Shown here: positions 15,272 through 23,243 of the stretch, in pieces | Numbering within the stretch: position 1 is the stretch's first letter | Layout of the letters: each line of letters begins with the position of its first letter | Assembly (NCBI GenBank): GCA_035253185.1 | Contig: DATFCK010000520.1 | Location: 1-26,058, forward strand | Direction of reading: 5' to 3' | DNA from: Chthoniobacterales bacterium | Lineage (GTDB): Bacteria; Verrucomicrobiota; Verrucomicrobiia; Chthoniobacterales; UBA10450 | Length of the DNA stretch: 26,058 nt | Made by a program: the position numbers and the translations under genes | Notes under the pieces: generated by a model | Seen by the model: the letters and a program-made list of their open reading frames with translations, nothing else | The model's database searches: none | What the model was told of the DNA's origin: nothing

Positions 15272-18200
15272 TTAGGCGCGGCGGCCTCCCTGGCCCAGTA
15301 GATTGAGTTGCATGATCGCGATCTCACCGCTGGCGCCCAGCTGCAGATTGCCGATCTCGAACATCGGCGCGCTCTCAATCGAACCCGCACCCGCCAGCTG
15401 AACCGCGACCTGCTTGGAGCTCGCGTTCAAGACCAAAGACGAGATATCGAACGTCGGTGAAAATTCGACCGTGGCGATTTGGAAAGAACTCGTAACCAGC
15501 ACCGATGCCTGCTGCGATGGCGTGAGCTGAACCGGCGCTGCTTCGAAGTTCGAAATCAGCTGGAGGCCGCCAACCGTGAAGGAAGGCGATCCGCCCATGG
15601 ATGGGCGCTGTTGCTGCGAAGGTGTCAGCCGAACCTGCCCCAGACCACCGCCCGACGGCTGGATCTTCGAAATCTCGAAGGTCACCTGAAGATTCATCGC
15701 GGGTTGCGGAGTCTGTGAGGGCGCGAGCCGCATCGTCACCACTCGCGAAGTTGGACGCAGTTGCAGCGCTCCCATTTTGAAAGTTGGTGTCAGCTGCATC
15801 GATGCGATCTCGAAAGAGAATGTCAGTTGGACAGCCGTCTGCATCGCGCTGGCAGGTTGCGGAGAGCCCCCGGCGGAAGGAGTTCTGATAACTGGAGCGG
15901 TTGGGATTTGAATGGGTTCAGGCATGATTTCGGATGTGGTTGGTTGAACTATTGAGGGCTCAATTGAAACAATTCCGGAAGGGCCGGAATATGGGATCTC
16001 AATTACCGGCTCGCGACGATCTTCGACTATGGAGGTCGCAGTATCATCTACCAGACCGGCGGGCTCAACAATGTCAGGAATTGCGGGCGACGCAACCTCG
16101 GATTGAGGTTCCTCGACCTCCGGTGTGTCTATCATCGAAACCGGCATTTGATACGGCACGGGCTGACCTTGCCCAACCGGCTCGAATTCGCTTCCCGAGA
16201 ATGGCTCAGCCGACACGATTTCGGCTGCCTGGTTAGTAACGGGCTCTTCGACGATGTTCTCGGATATCTCGACCGGTTCAACGGTCCCGCCATTCGGGTA
16301 AACTGGAGCCATCCAATCGCTGACTTGAGCGGTCTCCGGCTCTGGCTCGTGGACGACTGCTGCCTGCTCGAACTCAACCGCTCCTGCTACGATCGCCGGC
16401 TCGGGGACATCTTCAACGAACGATGCCGTTCCCTGTTCCATAACCGGTTCACCGGTTGCCTGCTCAATGACCGGACCTACTGATTCAAATTCCGGCTCAA
16501 CGACCGGTTCAGCCTTGGCGGCGACCGCAAACTCTGGTTCGGAGGCCGCAACCGCGGGAACCGGTGCCACTTCGATCGGCAGGGCGGGCTCTGGCGGAGT
16601 AACGCGCTCTACAACCGCAGCTGGTTGAGGTTCAGGCGTCGAGGCCGGCACCGGCATCGGCAGCGGTCGCCCGGTTTTTCCGACCGGTCGTACGCTACGA
16701 CGCAACGAGGGCTCTGATGCCTTTAATTGAAGCGAAATCTGACGCGGTCCGCCGGCCAGACGCGTTTTGGCATCGCCGTTAGACCCAGCCTTGCCGTTTC
16801 CATTTCCATTGCCATTGCCGTTGGCGAAGCGTGGCCCGCTCGCCGGCAGCGGCGCGCGGACAACCTGCACATTGGCCAAACGACGGCGCATATCCGGAAC
16901 GAAAACGAGGATGGCGATGGCGGCGAGAACCAGTCCACCGATCAACAACACCCGCGCGGGCATGAATTGACCGATTCTTTCGGCAAAACTCGGGCGCGAT
17001 GGTTCGGAAATCTTCGAGGGCGCCAGAGCGGTAGCCGGTGTGGCCGAGGCGGCCGCGATCACCGGCTGCTTCGCCACTGATGCGGCAGGTGTCAGGTCGG
17101 TAAGCGGTGCGGTCGCTGTTGTTGTTGCGACATTTTGTTCGTCGGCAGCGGACGAAGCCACTGGTGTCTCGACTGTTGGTGAAAGCGATGGAACTGCCAC
17201 TGCCGGGATATCGGACGGCCCGGCCGGCGTACCCGCCGCGATCGAGTCCTTTGAACTGCTGGTTGGCGGCACAGAAACTCCAGCGGAAGATTCGTTAGGC
17301 GCTGAGGCGAGAGCAGAAGTCGGAGCCGGTGACGCCAAAGCCAGCGCTTCGGTTTTCTTGCCCTGCTTGCTCGCCGCCGCCATATCGGGAATAGGACTCG
17401 GCTCGATCGCTGGACTGGCTTCGGCTGCCGCAGACGCTACCACCGCTGCCGCCTCTGATGCCGGCACCGGAGAGCCGCCCGTAGCCGGGCTCTGCAACCA
17501 GCCCAAATCGTAAAATGAATCGGCAAACACGCCGTTCAATGACGCCGAATAAATTTTCTTGGCGGACGCGATCCAATCGTTCGCCTTAACCGGATTGTTA
17601 TGTTTGAACTCCCACGCCGCCTGCGCGTAATACAGTGCCGGTGTATCTCCGGTGAACTGGAATTGCTCCATCATTTTCTGCGCGCGGCTATCCTTGCCTT
17701 CGAGCAGAAATGTCAGGAAAATCTTGAACTTGATCATCTGCGCGGCCTGATTTTTATCGCCGCCAGGCGTCTGACTAAACAACGCCTCGAAGCGCTCACG
17801 CGCCTTGGAGTAATCCTTTTTCTTAAACGGAATTTGCGCGAGATTATATTGAGCTTCCCGGTACTTCGGATCGACTTTCGCCGCTTTCTTGAAGGCGTTC
17901 TCCGCTCCGTCGAAATCGTTCTGCTCCATCAGAATCTCGCCCTTCAACGTCAGGATTGATGCCTGATTCGGGTCCGCAGTATCGGCTTCGTCAATGAACT
18001 TGTGCGCGGTATCGAGATCGCGCTGTTGAAATGCCTGTTGCGCCTGATCGAATCTCGAACGAGCGAACGCTTTCATTTTGGCGGCGCGTTCCTGCGGAGT
18101 CGTTATTTCCAATGCCGCTCGCGATTGACCAGCTGCTTTCTCCAGCCAGCCCACTTCGTAAAGCGATTCCGCGAACAGCTTGTTTAATTGCGGAGTGAAA

Positions 18201-18796
18201 TTCTTCTGCGCCGCGGCCATCCATTCGTTCGCTTCTTTGGTGTTCTTACGCTGAAGCGCAATCGCGGCATTGGCGTAATGAACCGCCGGCGTATCCGGCG
18301 AAAGTTCGAACTTGGCCAGAATCGAGTCGACCATGTTCTCTTTGCCTTCGAGCAAGTAGGTCAGCAGGATTTTGTATTGAATTAGCTGCGCGGCTTCACC
18401 CTGAAGATCGGCGATGTTGTTAGTCAAAAGTTCCTGAAAACGGCTTCGCGCTTCCGGCCAATCTTTTCTCAGGAACGGAATCTCGGCCAGATTGAATCGC
18501 GCATTCCAGAACTTGGGATCGATTCGCAGCGCTTCATGCAACGCGGCTTCGGCTTTATCGTAAATGCCCTGACGCATGAAAATGACGCCACGCAGATTTT
18601 GCGATTCCGCCAGATCCGGCTGACGGGCGTCAATCGCATCAAGTTGTCTGAGCGCCTCGGGAAAATTATTGGCGTCAAATTCGCGGAACGCTTTGTCATA
18701 CATCGACTCCAGTTCCGCTTTTGAAGGAGCGACGTTATTGGCGGCAAACGAACTCAGGACAAGAACTGAAATGGCCGCGATTTTCCGGATCTTCAT
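15272..18796 (-). CDS. 1174-aa TPR-repeat membrane protein: signal, two TPR modules, Ala/Pro/Ser linker, one TM helix, acidic disordered region, unrecognised C-terminal repeat domain
   Basis: Start MKIRKIAAISVLVLSSFAA at 18796; the upstream ORF-track extension is low-complexity. TPR motifs such as NLRGVIFMRQGIYDKAEAALHEALRIDP; TM VLLIGGLVLAAIAILVFV at 16898-16951. Confidence 0.9.
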   Translation of the reverse strand: MKIRKIAAISVLVLSSFAANNVAPSKAELESMYDKAFREFDANNFPEALRQLDAIDARQPDLAESQNLRGVIFMRQGIYDKAEAALHEALRIDPKFWNARFNLAEIPFLRKDWPEARSRFQELLTNNIADLQGEAAQLIQYKILLTYLLEGKENMVDSILAKFELSPDTPAVHYANAAIALQRKNTKEANEWMAAAQKNFTPQLNKLFAESLYEVGWLEKAAGQSRAALEITTPQERAAKMKAFARSRFDQAQQAFQQRDLDTAHKFIDEADTADPNQASILTLKGEILMEQNDFDGAENAFKKAAKVDPKYREAQYNLAQIPFKKKDYSKARERFEALFSQTPGGDKNQAAQMIKFKIFLTFLLEGKDSRAQKMMEQFQFTGDTPALYYAQAAWEFKHNNPVKANDWIASAKKIYSASLNGVFADSFYDLGWLQSPATGGSPVPASEAAAVVASAAAEASPAIEPSPIPDMAAASKQGKKTEALALASPAPTSALASAPNESSAGVSVPPTSSSKDSIAAGTPAGPSDIPAVAVPSLSPTVETPVASSAADEQNVATTTATAPLTDLTPAASVAKQPVIAAASATPATALAPSKISEPSRPSFAERIGQFMPARVLLIGGLVLAAIAILVFVPDMRRRLANVQVVRAPLPASGPRFANGNGNGNGNGKAGSNGDAKTRLAGGPRQISLQLKASEPSLRRSVRPVGKTGRPLPMPVPASTPEPQPAAVVERVTPPEPALPIEVAPVPAVAASEPEFAVAAKAEPVVEPEFESVGPVIEQATGEPVMEQGTASFVEDVPEPAIVAGAVEFEQAAVVHEPEPETAQVSDWMAPVYPNGGTVEPVEISENIVEEPVTNQAAEIVSAEPFSGSEFEPVGQGQPVPYQMPVSMIDTPEVEEPQSEVASPAIPDIVEPAGLVDDTATSIVEDRREPVIEIPYSGPSGIVSIEPSIVQPTTSEIMPEPIQIPTAPVIRTPSAGGSPQPASAMQTAVQLTFSFEIASMQLTPTFKMGALQLRPTSRVVTMRLAPSQTPQPAMNLQVTFEISKIQPSGGGLGQVRLTPSQQQRPSMGGSPSFTVGGLQLISNFEAAPVQLTPSQQASVLVTSSFQIATVEFSPTFDISSLVLNASSKQVAVQLAGAGSIESAPMFEIGNLQLGASGEIAIMQLNLLGQGGRRA
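16793..16822. repeat. 5 x 6-bp coding repeat (NG)5 in the TPR protein
   Basis: gccgtt tccatt tccatt gccatt gccgtt encodes NGNGNGNGNG on the minus strand. Confidence 0.8.
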
Positions 18797-19033
18797 CGGA
18801 ATAGCATTACAACTTTGGGAGGAGGTGATGACAAGCCTAAATTTCGATGCAATGACAGGGAAAAGTAGGACCAGCAGGAATCGAGCCGGGAGGAGGCGGC
18901 GGAAGGGTCGCTTACGAGGCAAAAACGACCGGTCTGAGCCCGGTTCGGAAGGGGTTTCCTCGCTCGCAAAGTACCCATTTCTATCCGCATTTGGCAAATG
19001 CGCAAATGGTCTTCACCAGCAGAGGCAAATCGT

Positions 19034-19798
19034 TCAGCGTCTCCTGCCCATGGGGGTCTGGTTCAAACCGGCAACAATCCGCAGCCCTTCAAGGGTCAAA
19101 TTTGGGTGCACCGACTCAATCAGCGGAAGCTGGCGAGCGATCAATCCCGCGTATCCCCCGGTAGCCACCACCCTTATGTGGTGCCGCGGAAAACGCTCGC
19201 TTTTGATCCGCTGCAAAATCTCGCGAACCAATCCACGATAACCATACACCGCCCCGGCCATCATCGCGGCCCCGGTTGATTTACCCACTACTTGCCGGGG
19301 TTCCTTTAACGACAACTTGGGCAGCAACGCAGTTCGTTGATAAAGAAAACTCGTCATAGCCTCGAGACCAGGCGCAATGATGCCGCCAATATAACGTTTT
19401 TGTTCCGACACGATGTCGAACGTCACCGCGGTGCCGAAATCGACGACGACCGCCGGATAACCGTACAACACCGTCACCGCGGCCGCGTTCGCCAGGCGAT
19501 CGGCGCCGATGGTTTCGGGTTCGGGATATTCAACCCCAACCCCCAGATTTATTTTTGCGCTGAGCCACAACAGTCGAATACCTCGCGCGGCGGCTCGAAT
19601 TGCCTTGTTACGATCCGGTACAACGGAAGAGATAACGATGGTCTGCGGTTTTTGCTCTTTCAAAACGGTTCGCAGATAAGCTCTGGTAAATTCGCGGGTC
19701 GGAACTCGGCTCGGGCGCGCGACGCGGCTGGCTGAAGCAAAAGCGAGCTTCGTGAACGAATTGCTAATGTCGATAAGCAGATACTGAGCGGCTTTCAC
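19034..19798 (-). CDS. coaX: Type III pantothenate kinase
   Basis: LLIDISNSFTK (variant of IDIGNT), VISSVVP, IGADRLANA, VVVDFGTAVTFD, YIGGIIAPG, TALLP, VVATGG. Start placed at GTG 19798 from the promoter; ATG 19810 is the alternative. Confidence 0.95.
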   Translation of the reverse strand: MKAAQYLLIDISNSFTKLAFASASRVARPSRVPTREFTRAYLRTVLKEQKPQTIVISSVVPDRNKAIRAAARGIRLLWLSAKINLGVGVEYPEPETIGADRLANAAAVTVLYGYPAVVVDFGTAVTFDIVSEQKRYIGGIIAPGLEAMTSFLYQRTALLPKLSLKEPRQVVGKSTGAAMMAGAVYGYRGLVREILQRIKSERFPRHHIRVVATGGYAGLIARQLPLIESVHPNLTLEGLRIVAGLNQTPMGRRR

Positions 19799-19805
19799 CG
19801 GCGCC

Positions 19806-19814
19806 ATCATAACA
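19806..19814 (-). promoter_or_regulatory. Putative extended -10 promoter of coaX (leaderless geometry)
   Basis: Minus strand TGT-TATGAT, then 7 nt, then GTG 19798. Confidence 0.6.
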
Positions 19815-19867
19815 CATTGGGCTTCGGAAACCGCCGTTGTTCAATGGCAGCGTAAACTGCGCAAAAC

Positions 19868-19896
19868 TTGCGACCTCCCGAACGAACAATTACCCT
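19868..19896 (+). promoter_or_regulatory. Putative promoter of hemB (leaderless geometry)
   Basis: TTGCGA-N17-TACCCT, then 6 nt, then GTG 19903. Confidence 0.65.
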
Positions 19897-19902
19897 CGAT
19901 CC

Positions 19903-20889
19903 GTGCGGAAACTCACTCACCGGCCCCGGCGATTGCGCCGCACACCGGCGCTACGAAATCTGGTTCGCGAGACGTCATTGCACGCCGACGATTTCATCCT
20001 GCCATTGTTCGTTAGCGAAAAAATCTCCGAACCGAGGGCGATCACATCAATGCCCGGAGTTTCACAGTTTCCGGTTAACGAAATTGCCGACGAAGCGGCC
20101 CGCGCCCATGATGCCGGGCTCCAGGCTGTCATCCTGTTTGGCATTCCGAAGGAAAAGGACGAGCAAGCCAGTGGCGCTTACGCTAACGATGGCATTGTTC
20201 AACGGGCGGTGGCTGCCATTAAAAAGAATTGTCCGGAGCTGGTTGTGATTACGGACGTTTGTCTTTGCGAGTACATGAGTCATGGACATTGCGGGGTGAC
20301 GCGGCTGGATGGCGAACATTTCCACGTTCTGAACGACGCCTCGGTCGAGCTGCTCGCAAAAACGGCGCTTTCTCACGCGCAGGCAGGCGCGGACATGGTG
20401 GCGCCCAGCGACATGATGGATGGACGCATCGCTGCGATCAGGGAGGTTCTGGACACTAACCGGTTCGAAGATACCGGCATTATTAGTTATGCCGCCAAAT
20501 TTGCTTCGGTGTTTTACGGGCCGTTCCGGGATGCGGCCGAGAGCCCGCCCCAATTCGGCGATCGCCGGACCTATCAGATGGATTCAGCTAATGCCGACGA
20601 AGCATTGCGGGAGATCGCGCTCGATGTGGATGAAGGCGCCGACATCATTATGATCAAGCCGGCGCTGCCTTATCTCGATGTTTTATGGCGGGCGCGGGAA
20701 CGGTTTGGAAAACCGATGGCGGTGTACCACGTAAGTGGCGAATACGCGATGATCAAAGCGGCCGCTGACAAAGGGCTGGTTGATGAGCGCGCCGCAGTCC
20801 TTGAAATCATGACTTCGCTGAAGCGTGCGGGTGCAGATATCATCCTCACCTACTGGGCCCGACAATTGGCCGAATGGGCGCGCAAATAA
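19903..20889 (+). CDS. hemB: Porphobilinogen synthase (delta-aminolevulinate dehydratase), Zn-dependent type
   Basis: RPRRLRRT, DVCLCEYMSHGHCG (three Zn cysteines), APSDMMDGR, SYAAKFAS.FYGPFRDA, DRRTYQMD, IMIKP, YHVSGEYAMIKAA. Start moved to GTG 19903. Confidence 0.98.
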   Translation: MRKLTHRPRRLRRTPALRNLVRETSLHADDFILPLFVSEKISEPRAITSMPGVSQFPVNEIADEAARAHDAGLQAVILFGIPKEKDEQASGAYANDGIVQRAVAAIKKNCPELVVITDVCLCEYMSHGHCGVTRLDGEHFHVLNDASVELLAKTALSHAQAGADMVAPSDMMDGRIAAIREVLDTNRFEDTGIISYAAKFASVFYGPFRDAAESPPQFGDRRTYQMDSANADEALREIALDVDEGADIIMIKPALPYLDVLWRARERFGKPMAVYHVSGEYAMIKAAADKGLVDERAAVLEIMTSLKRAGADIILTYWARQLAEWARK

Positions 20890-21599
20890 CAGTTCGGACT
20901 GGCGAGACCGCGGCCCACCAGCAATTGAAACGGCGCACCGTGCTGTGGGCGCAGGCACAGGGTTTCAGCGCCTGCGGGGTGGAAGTAACCCTGCCGAAAT
21001 GCCGTTATCGCGCCGATGTTGCCGCCTTCCGGCCATCCGCGACCGGCGGCCTAACGGCGGTATTTGAATGCAAACAAACCCGGTGCGATCTCCGCCGGGA
21101 TAATTGTTGCACTTCGACCACCCGCTCACGGTTGGAGACGATGTGCCGCCGTCGCGAGGTCCTGGAGAAACATTTGCGAGTGCACTATCCGGACCTGCGC
21201 ATTTCCGATTCCCTTTTCCCGGAATTCGATTCCCACAATTTCCAGGCCATCGGTCATCGTAATTACAGCCGGGTCCTGCGGGAAATGACCGCTCTTCAGA
21301 ATCGGCTTTATGACTGCACCAAGTTCGAACGTTTAATGCGCTACCGATGCGCCAACCTGTTTTTTCTGGTCCTAACCGCCGATGTGTTCGACGAGGCTGA
21401 GATTCCAATTGGCTGGGGCGCGCTGGTCGAATCCGGAGATTCACTCGCGCTTGTTAGGAAACCCGTTTGGCAAGAAGTCGCGCCCGATCATGGCCTGGGT
21501 GTGCTGCAGCGAATCGCGGCCGCCGGAACGCGGCACTTGAATCGACAATTAGGAATAACGTTCGATGAAATAATTGCGGCGCGTTCGCACGCCTTTTGA
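20874..21599 (+). CDS. Hypothetical PD-(D/E)xK nuclease-fold protein, MmcB-like
   Basis: ETAAH..LK, then E37, RAD48V, FE65CK67QTRCDLRRD, later ANLFFLV and EIPIGWGAL. Overlaps the hemB stop by 16 nt. Confidence 0.7.
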   Translation: MGAQITVRTGETAAHQQLKRRTVLWAQAQGFSACGVEVTLPKCRYRADVAAFRPSATGGLTAVFECKQTRCDLRRDNCCTSTTRSRLETMCRRREVLEKHLRVHYPDLRISDSLFPEFDSHNFQAIGHRNYSRVLREMTALQNRLYDCTKFERLMRYRCANLFFLVLTADVFDEAEIPIGWGALVESGDSLALVRKPVWQEVAPDHGLGVLQRIAAAGTRHLNRQLGITFDEIIAARSHAF

Positions 21600-21617
21600 G
21601 CAAAGGAGTCAGGCCGG

Positions 21618-23147
21618 TTAAGTCTTCGGCACCAGGAGATTTCGGCCGGTCATTTCCGGCGGCTGCGGCATGCCTAACAAGAACAGTAACGTCGGGGCGA
21701 TGTCCGCGAGAATCCCATCCCGGCAGCTGAAGTTGGCCGCGTCGGCGGCGACATAGATGCAGTGAACGAGATAAGTGGTGTGGGCGGTGTTGGGAGACCC
21801 GTCGGGGTTGCGCATTTGCTCACAATTGCCGTGATCGGCCGTAACCAGGCATTTACCGCCCAGCCGCAGAACCTCTGAAATAATGCGCGCCACACACTTG
21901 TCGATCGTCTCGACTGCTTTGATACCGGCGGCTACGACCCCGGTGTGCCCAACCATATCGGGGTTGGCAAAATTCAAGATGATGAGGTCGTAATTTGCCA
22001 TGCGGGAAAGCACTTCATCGGTTACGCCGGCCGCACTCATTTCCGGCTGCAGATCATAGGTGGCCACTTTGGGCGAAGGCACGATTTTGCGATCTTCTCC
22101 GGGAAAGGGCTTTTCGATGCCGCCGTTAAAGAAATAGGTCACGTGAGCGTATTTTTCTGTCTCCGCGATTCGCAACTGGGTTTTTCCTGCCGCACTAACG
22201 ACTTCCCCCAGAATATGCTCCAGGTTTTCGGGCCCAAAGATGTACGGACATTGATAGGTAACGTCGTACTGCGTCATTGTTACGAATTGGACCTGGGGCC
22301 AAACTTCCCGATCGAATCCGTCGAATTCGGGAACGAGAAACGCCTGGGATAACTGTCGCGCTCGATCCGCCCGGAAATTCACGAATATCACCAGGTCACC
22401 ATCACGCACGCGCTGCTGGCTGGGGTAACCGAAGATTAACGGCGGCATGAATTCATCCGTGGTTCCGCTGCTATAATGCTGGAGCAGCGCTTTTGACGGC
22501 GCCGAATCGCATTGTTCGCCCCGGCCTAACACGACCGCGTCCCACGCTCGTTTGGTTCGATCCCATCTTCGATCCCGGTCCATGGCGAAATAACGGCCGA
22601 CAATGGTCGCAATCCTCGCACCGGCCGGTTTCAACTTCTTTTCGCAGTCTTCCAGAAAACCGGCTCCACCGGTTGGCGAGGTGTCACGACCGTCTGTAAA
22701 CGCGTGAACCAGGATATCCGTTAGGCCAGAAGCTTTTGCCGCTTCCGCCAGGGCGACCAGGTGGAGATAGTGGCTGTGCACCCCACCGTCGGAAACCAGG
22801 CCAAGCAGATGAAGCCGCGCCCCCTTGGCGCCGGCAAACGCATTTTTTAACACCGGATTGCGGCCGAACTCTCCCTCGGCGATCGCCTTGTTAATTCGGG
22901 TCAGGTCCTGATAGACGATCCGGCCCGCGCCCAGGTTTAAATGACCGACTTCTGAATTACCCATCTGCCCTTCGGGTAATCCAACATCGAGACCGCTGGC
23001 GCTCAGGCGGCCCATCGGATACTTCTGGTAGAGCTCTTGGTGGAATGGGGTTGTTGCAAGTAAAGTGGCGTCGCCGTTCTCAACCCGGCGTTCCCAGCCG
23101 CCAGGATTAATTCCCCAGCCATCGCGGATCAAAAGCATCACCGGCAT
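21618..23147 (-). CDS. gpmI: 2,3-bisphosphoglycerate-independent phosphoglycerate mutase
   Basis: LLIRDGWG, VGLPEGQMGNSEVGHLNLGAGR, SDGGVHSH, TDGRDT, GRYFAMDRD, AETEKYAHVTYFFNGG, NFANPDMVGHTG, TADHGNCE, HTT. Confidence 0.98.
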   Translation of the reverse strand: MPVMLLIRDGWGINPGGWERRVENGDATLLATTPFHQELYQKYPMGRLSASGLDVGLPEGQMGNSEVGHLNLGAGRIVYQDLTRINKAIAEGEFGRNPVLKNAFAGAKGARLHLLGLVSDGGVHSHYLHLVALAEAAKASGLTDILVHAFTDGRDTSPTGGAGFLEDCEKKLKPAGARIATIVGRYFAMDRDRRWDRTKRAWDAVVLGRGEQCDSAPSKALLQHYSSGTTDEFMPPLIFGYPSQQRVRDGDLVIFVNFRADRARQLSQAFLVPEFDGFDREVWPQVQFVTMTQYDVTYQCPYIFGPENLEHILGEVVSAAGKTQLRIAETEKYAHVTYFFNGGIEKPFPGEDRKIVPSPKVATYDLQPEMSAAGVTDEVLSRMANYDLIILNFANPDMVGHTGVVAAGIKAVETIDKCVARIISEVLRLGGKCLVTADHGNCEQMRNPDGSPNTAHTTYLVHCIYVAADAANFSCRDGILADIAPTLLFLLGMPQPPEMTGRNLLVPKT

Positions 23148-23206
23148 TTAATTCGAATGTTCTCGGTTAATCGGGCAGCCACAAGCGATTTCCCGCTACT
23201 GCTGGA

Positions 23207-23235
23207 TTGACAAAGAAAAGGAGCGACATTCAGAT
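23207..23235 (+). promoter_or_regulatory. Putative promoter of the alkaline-phosphatase-like gene
   Basis: Perfect TTGACA-N17-TCAGAT (weak -10), then 8 nt, then ATG 23244. Confidence 0.4.
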
Positions 23236-23243
23236 CGCCGCTC

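Noticed and set aside
18797-18997. 67-aa N-terminal extension of the TPR protein
   Set aside because: Low-complexity sequence containing a promoter-like TTGTCA-N17-TGTAAT; the signal-like segment starts at Met 18796.
18669-19279. ORFs 18669..19241 (+) and 18998..19279 (+)
   Set aside because: Antisense to the TPR gene and coaX, with no recognisable motifs.
20965-21444. ORF 20965..21444 (-)
   Set aside because: Antisense shadow of the PD-(D/E)xK gene; no motifs.
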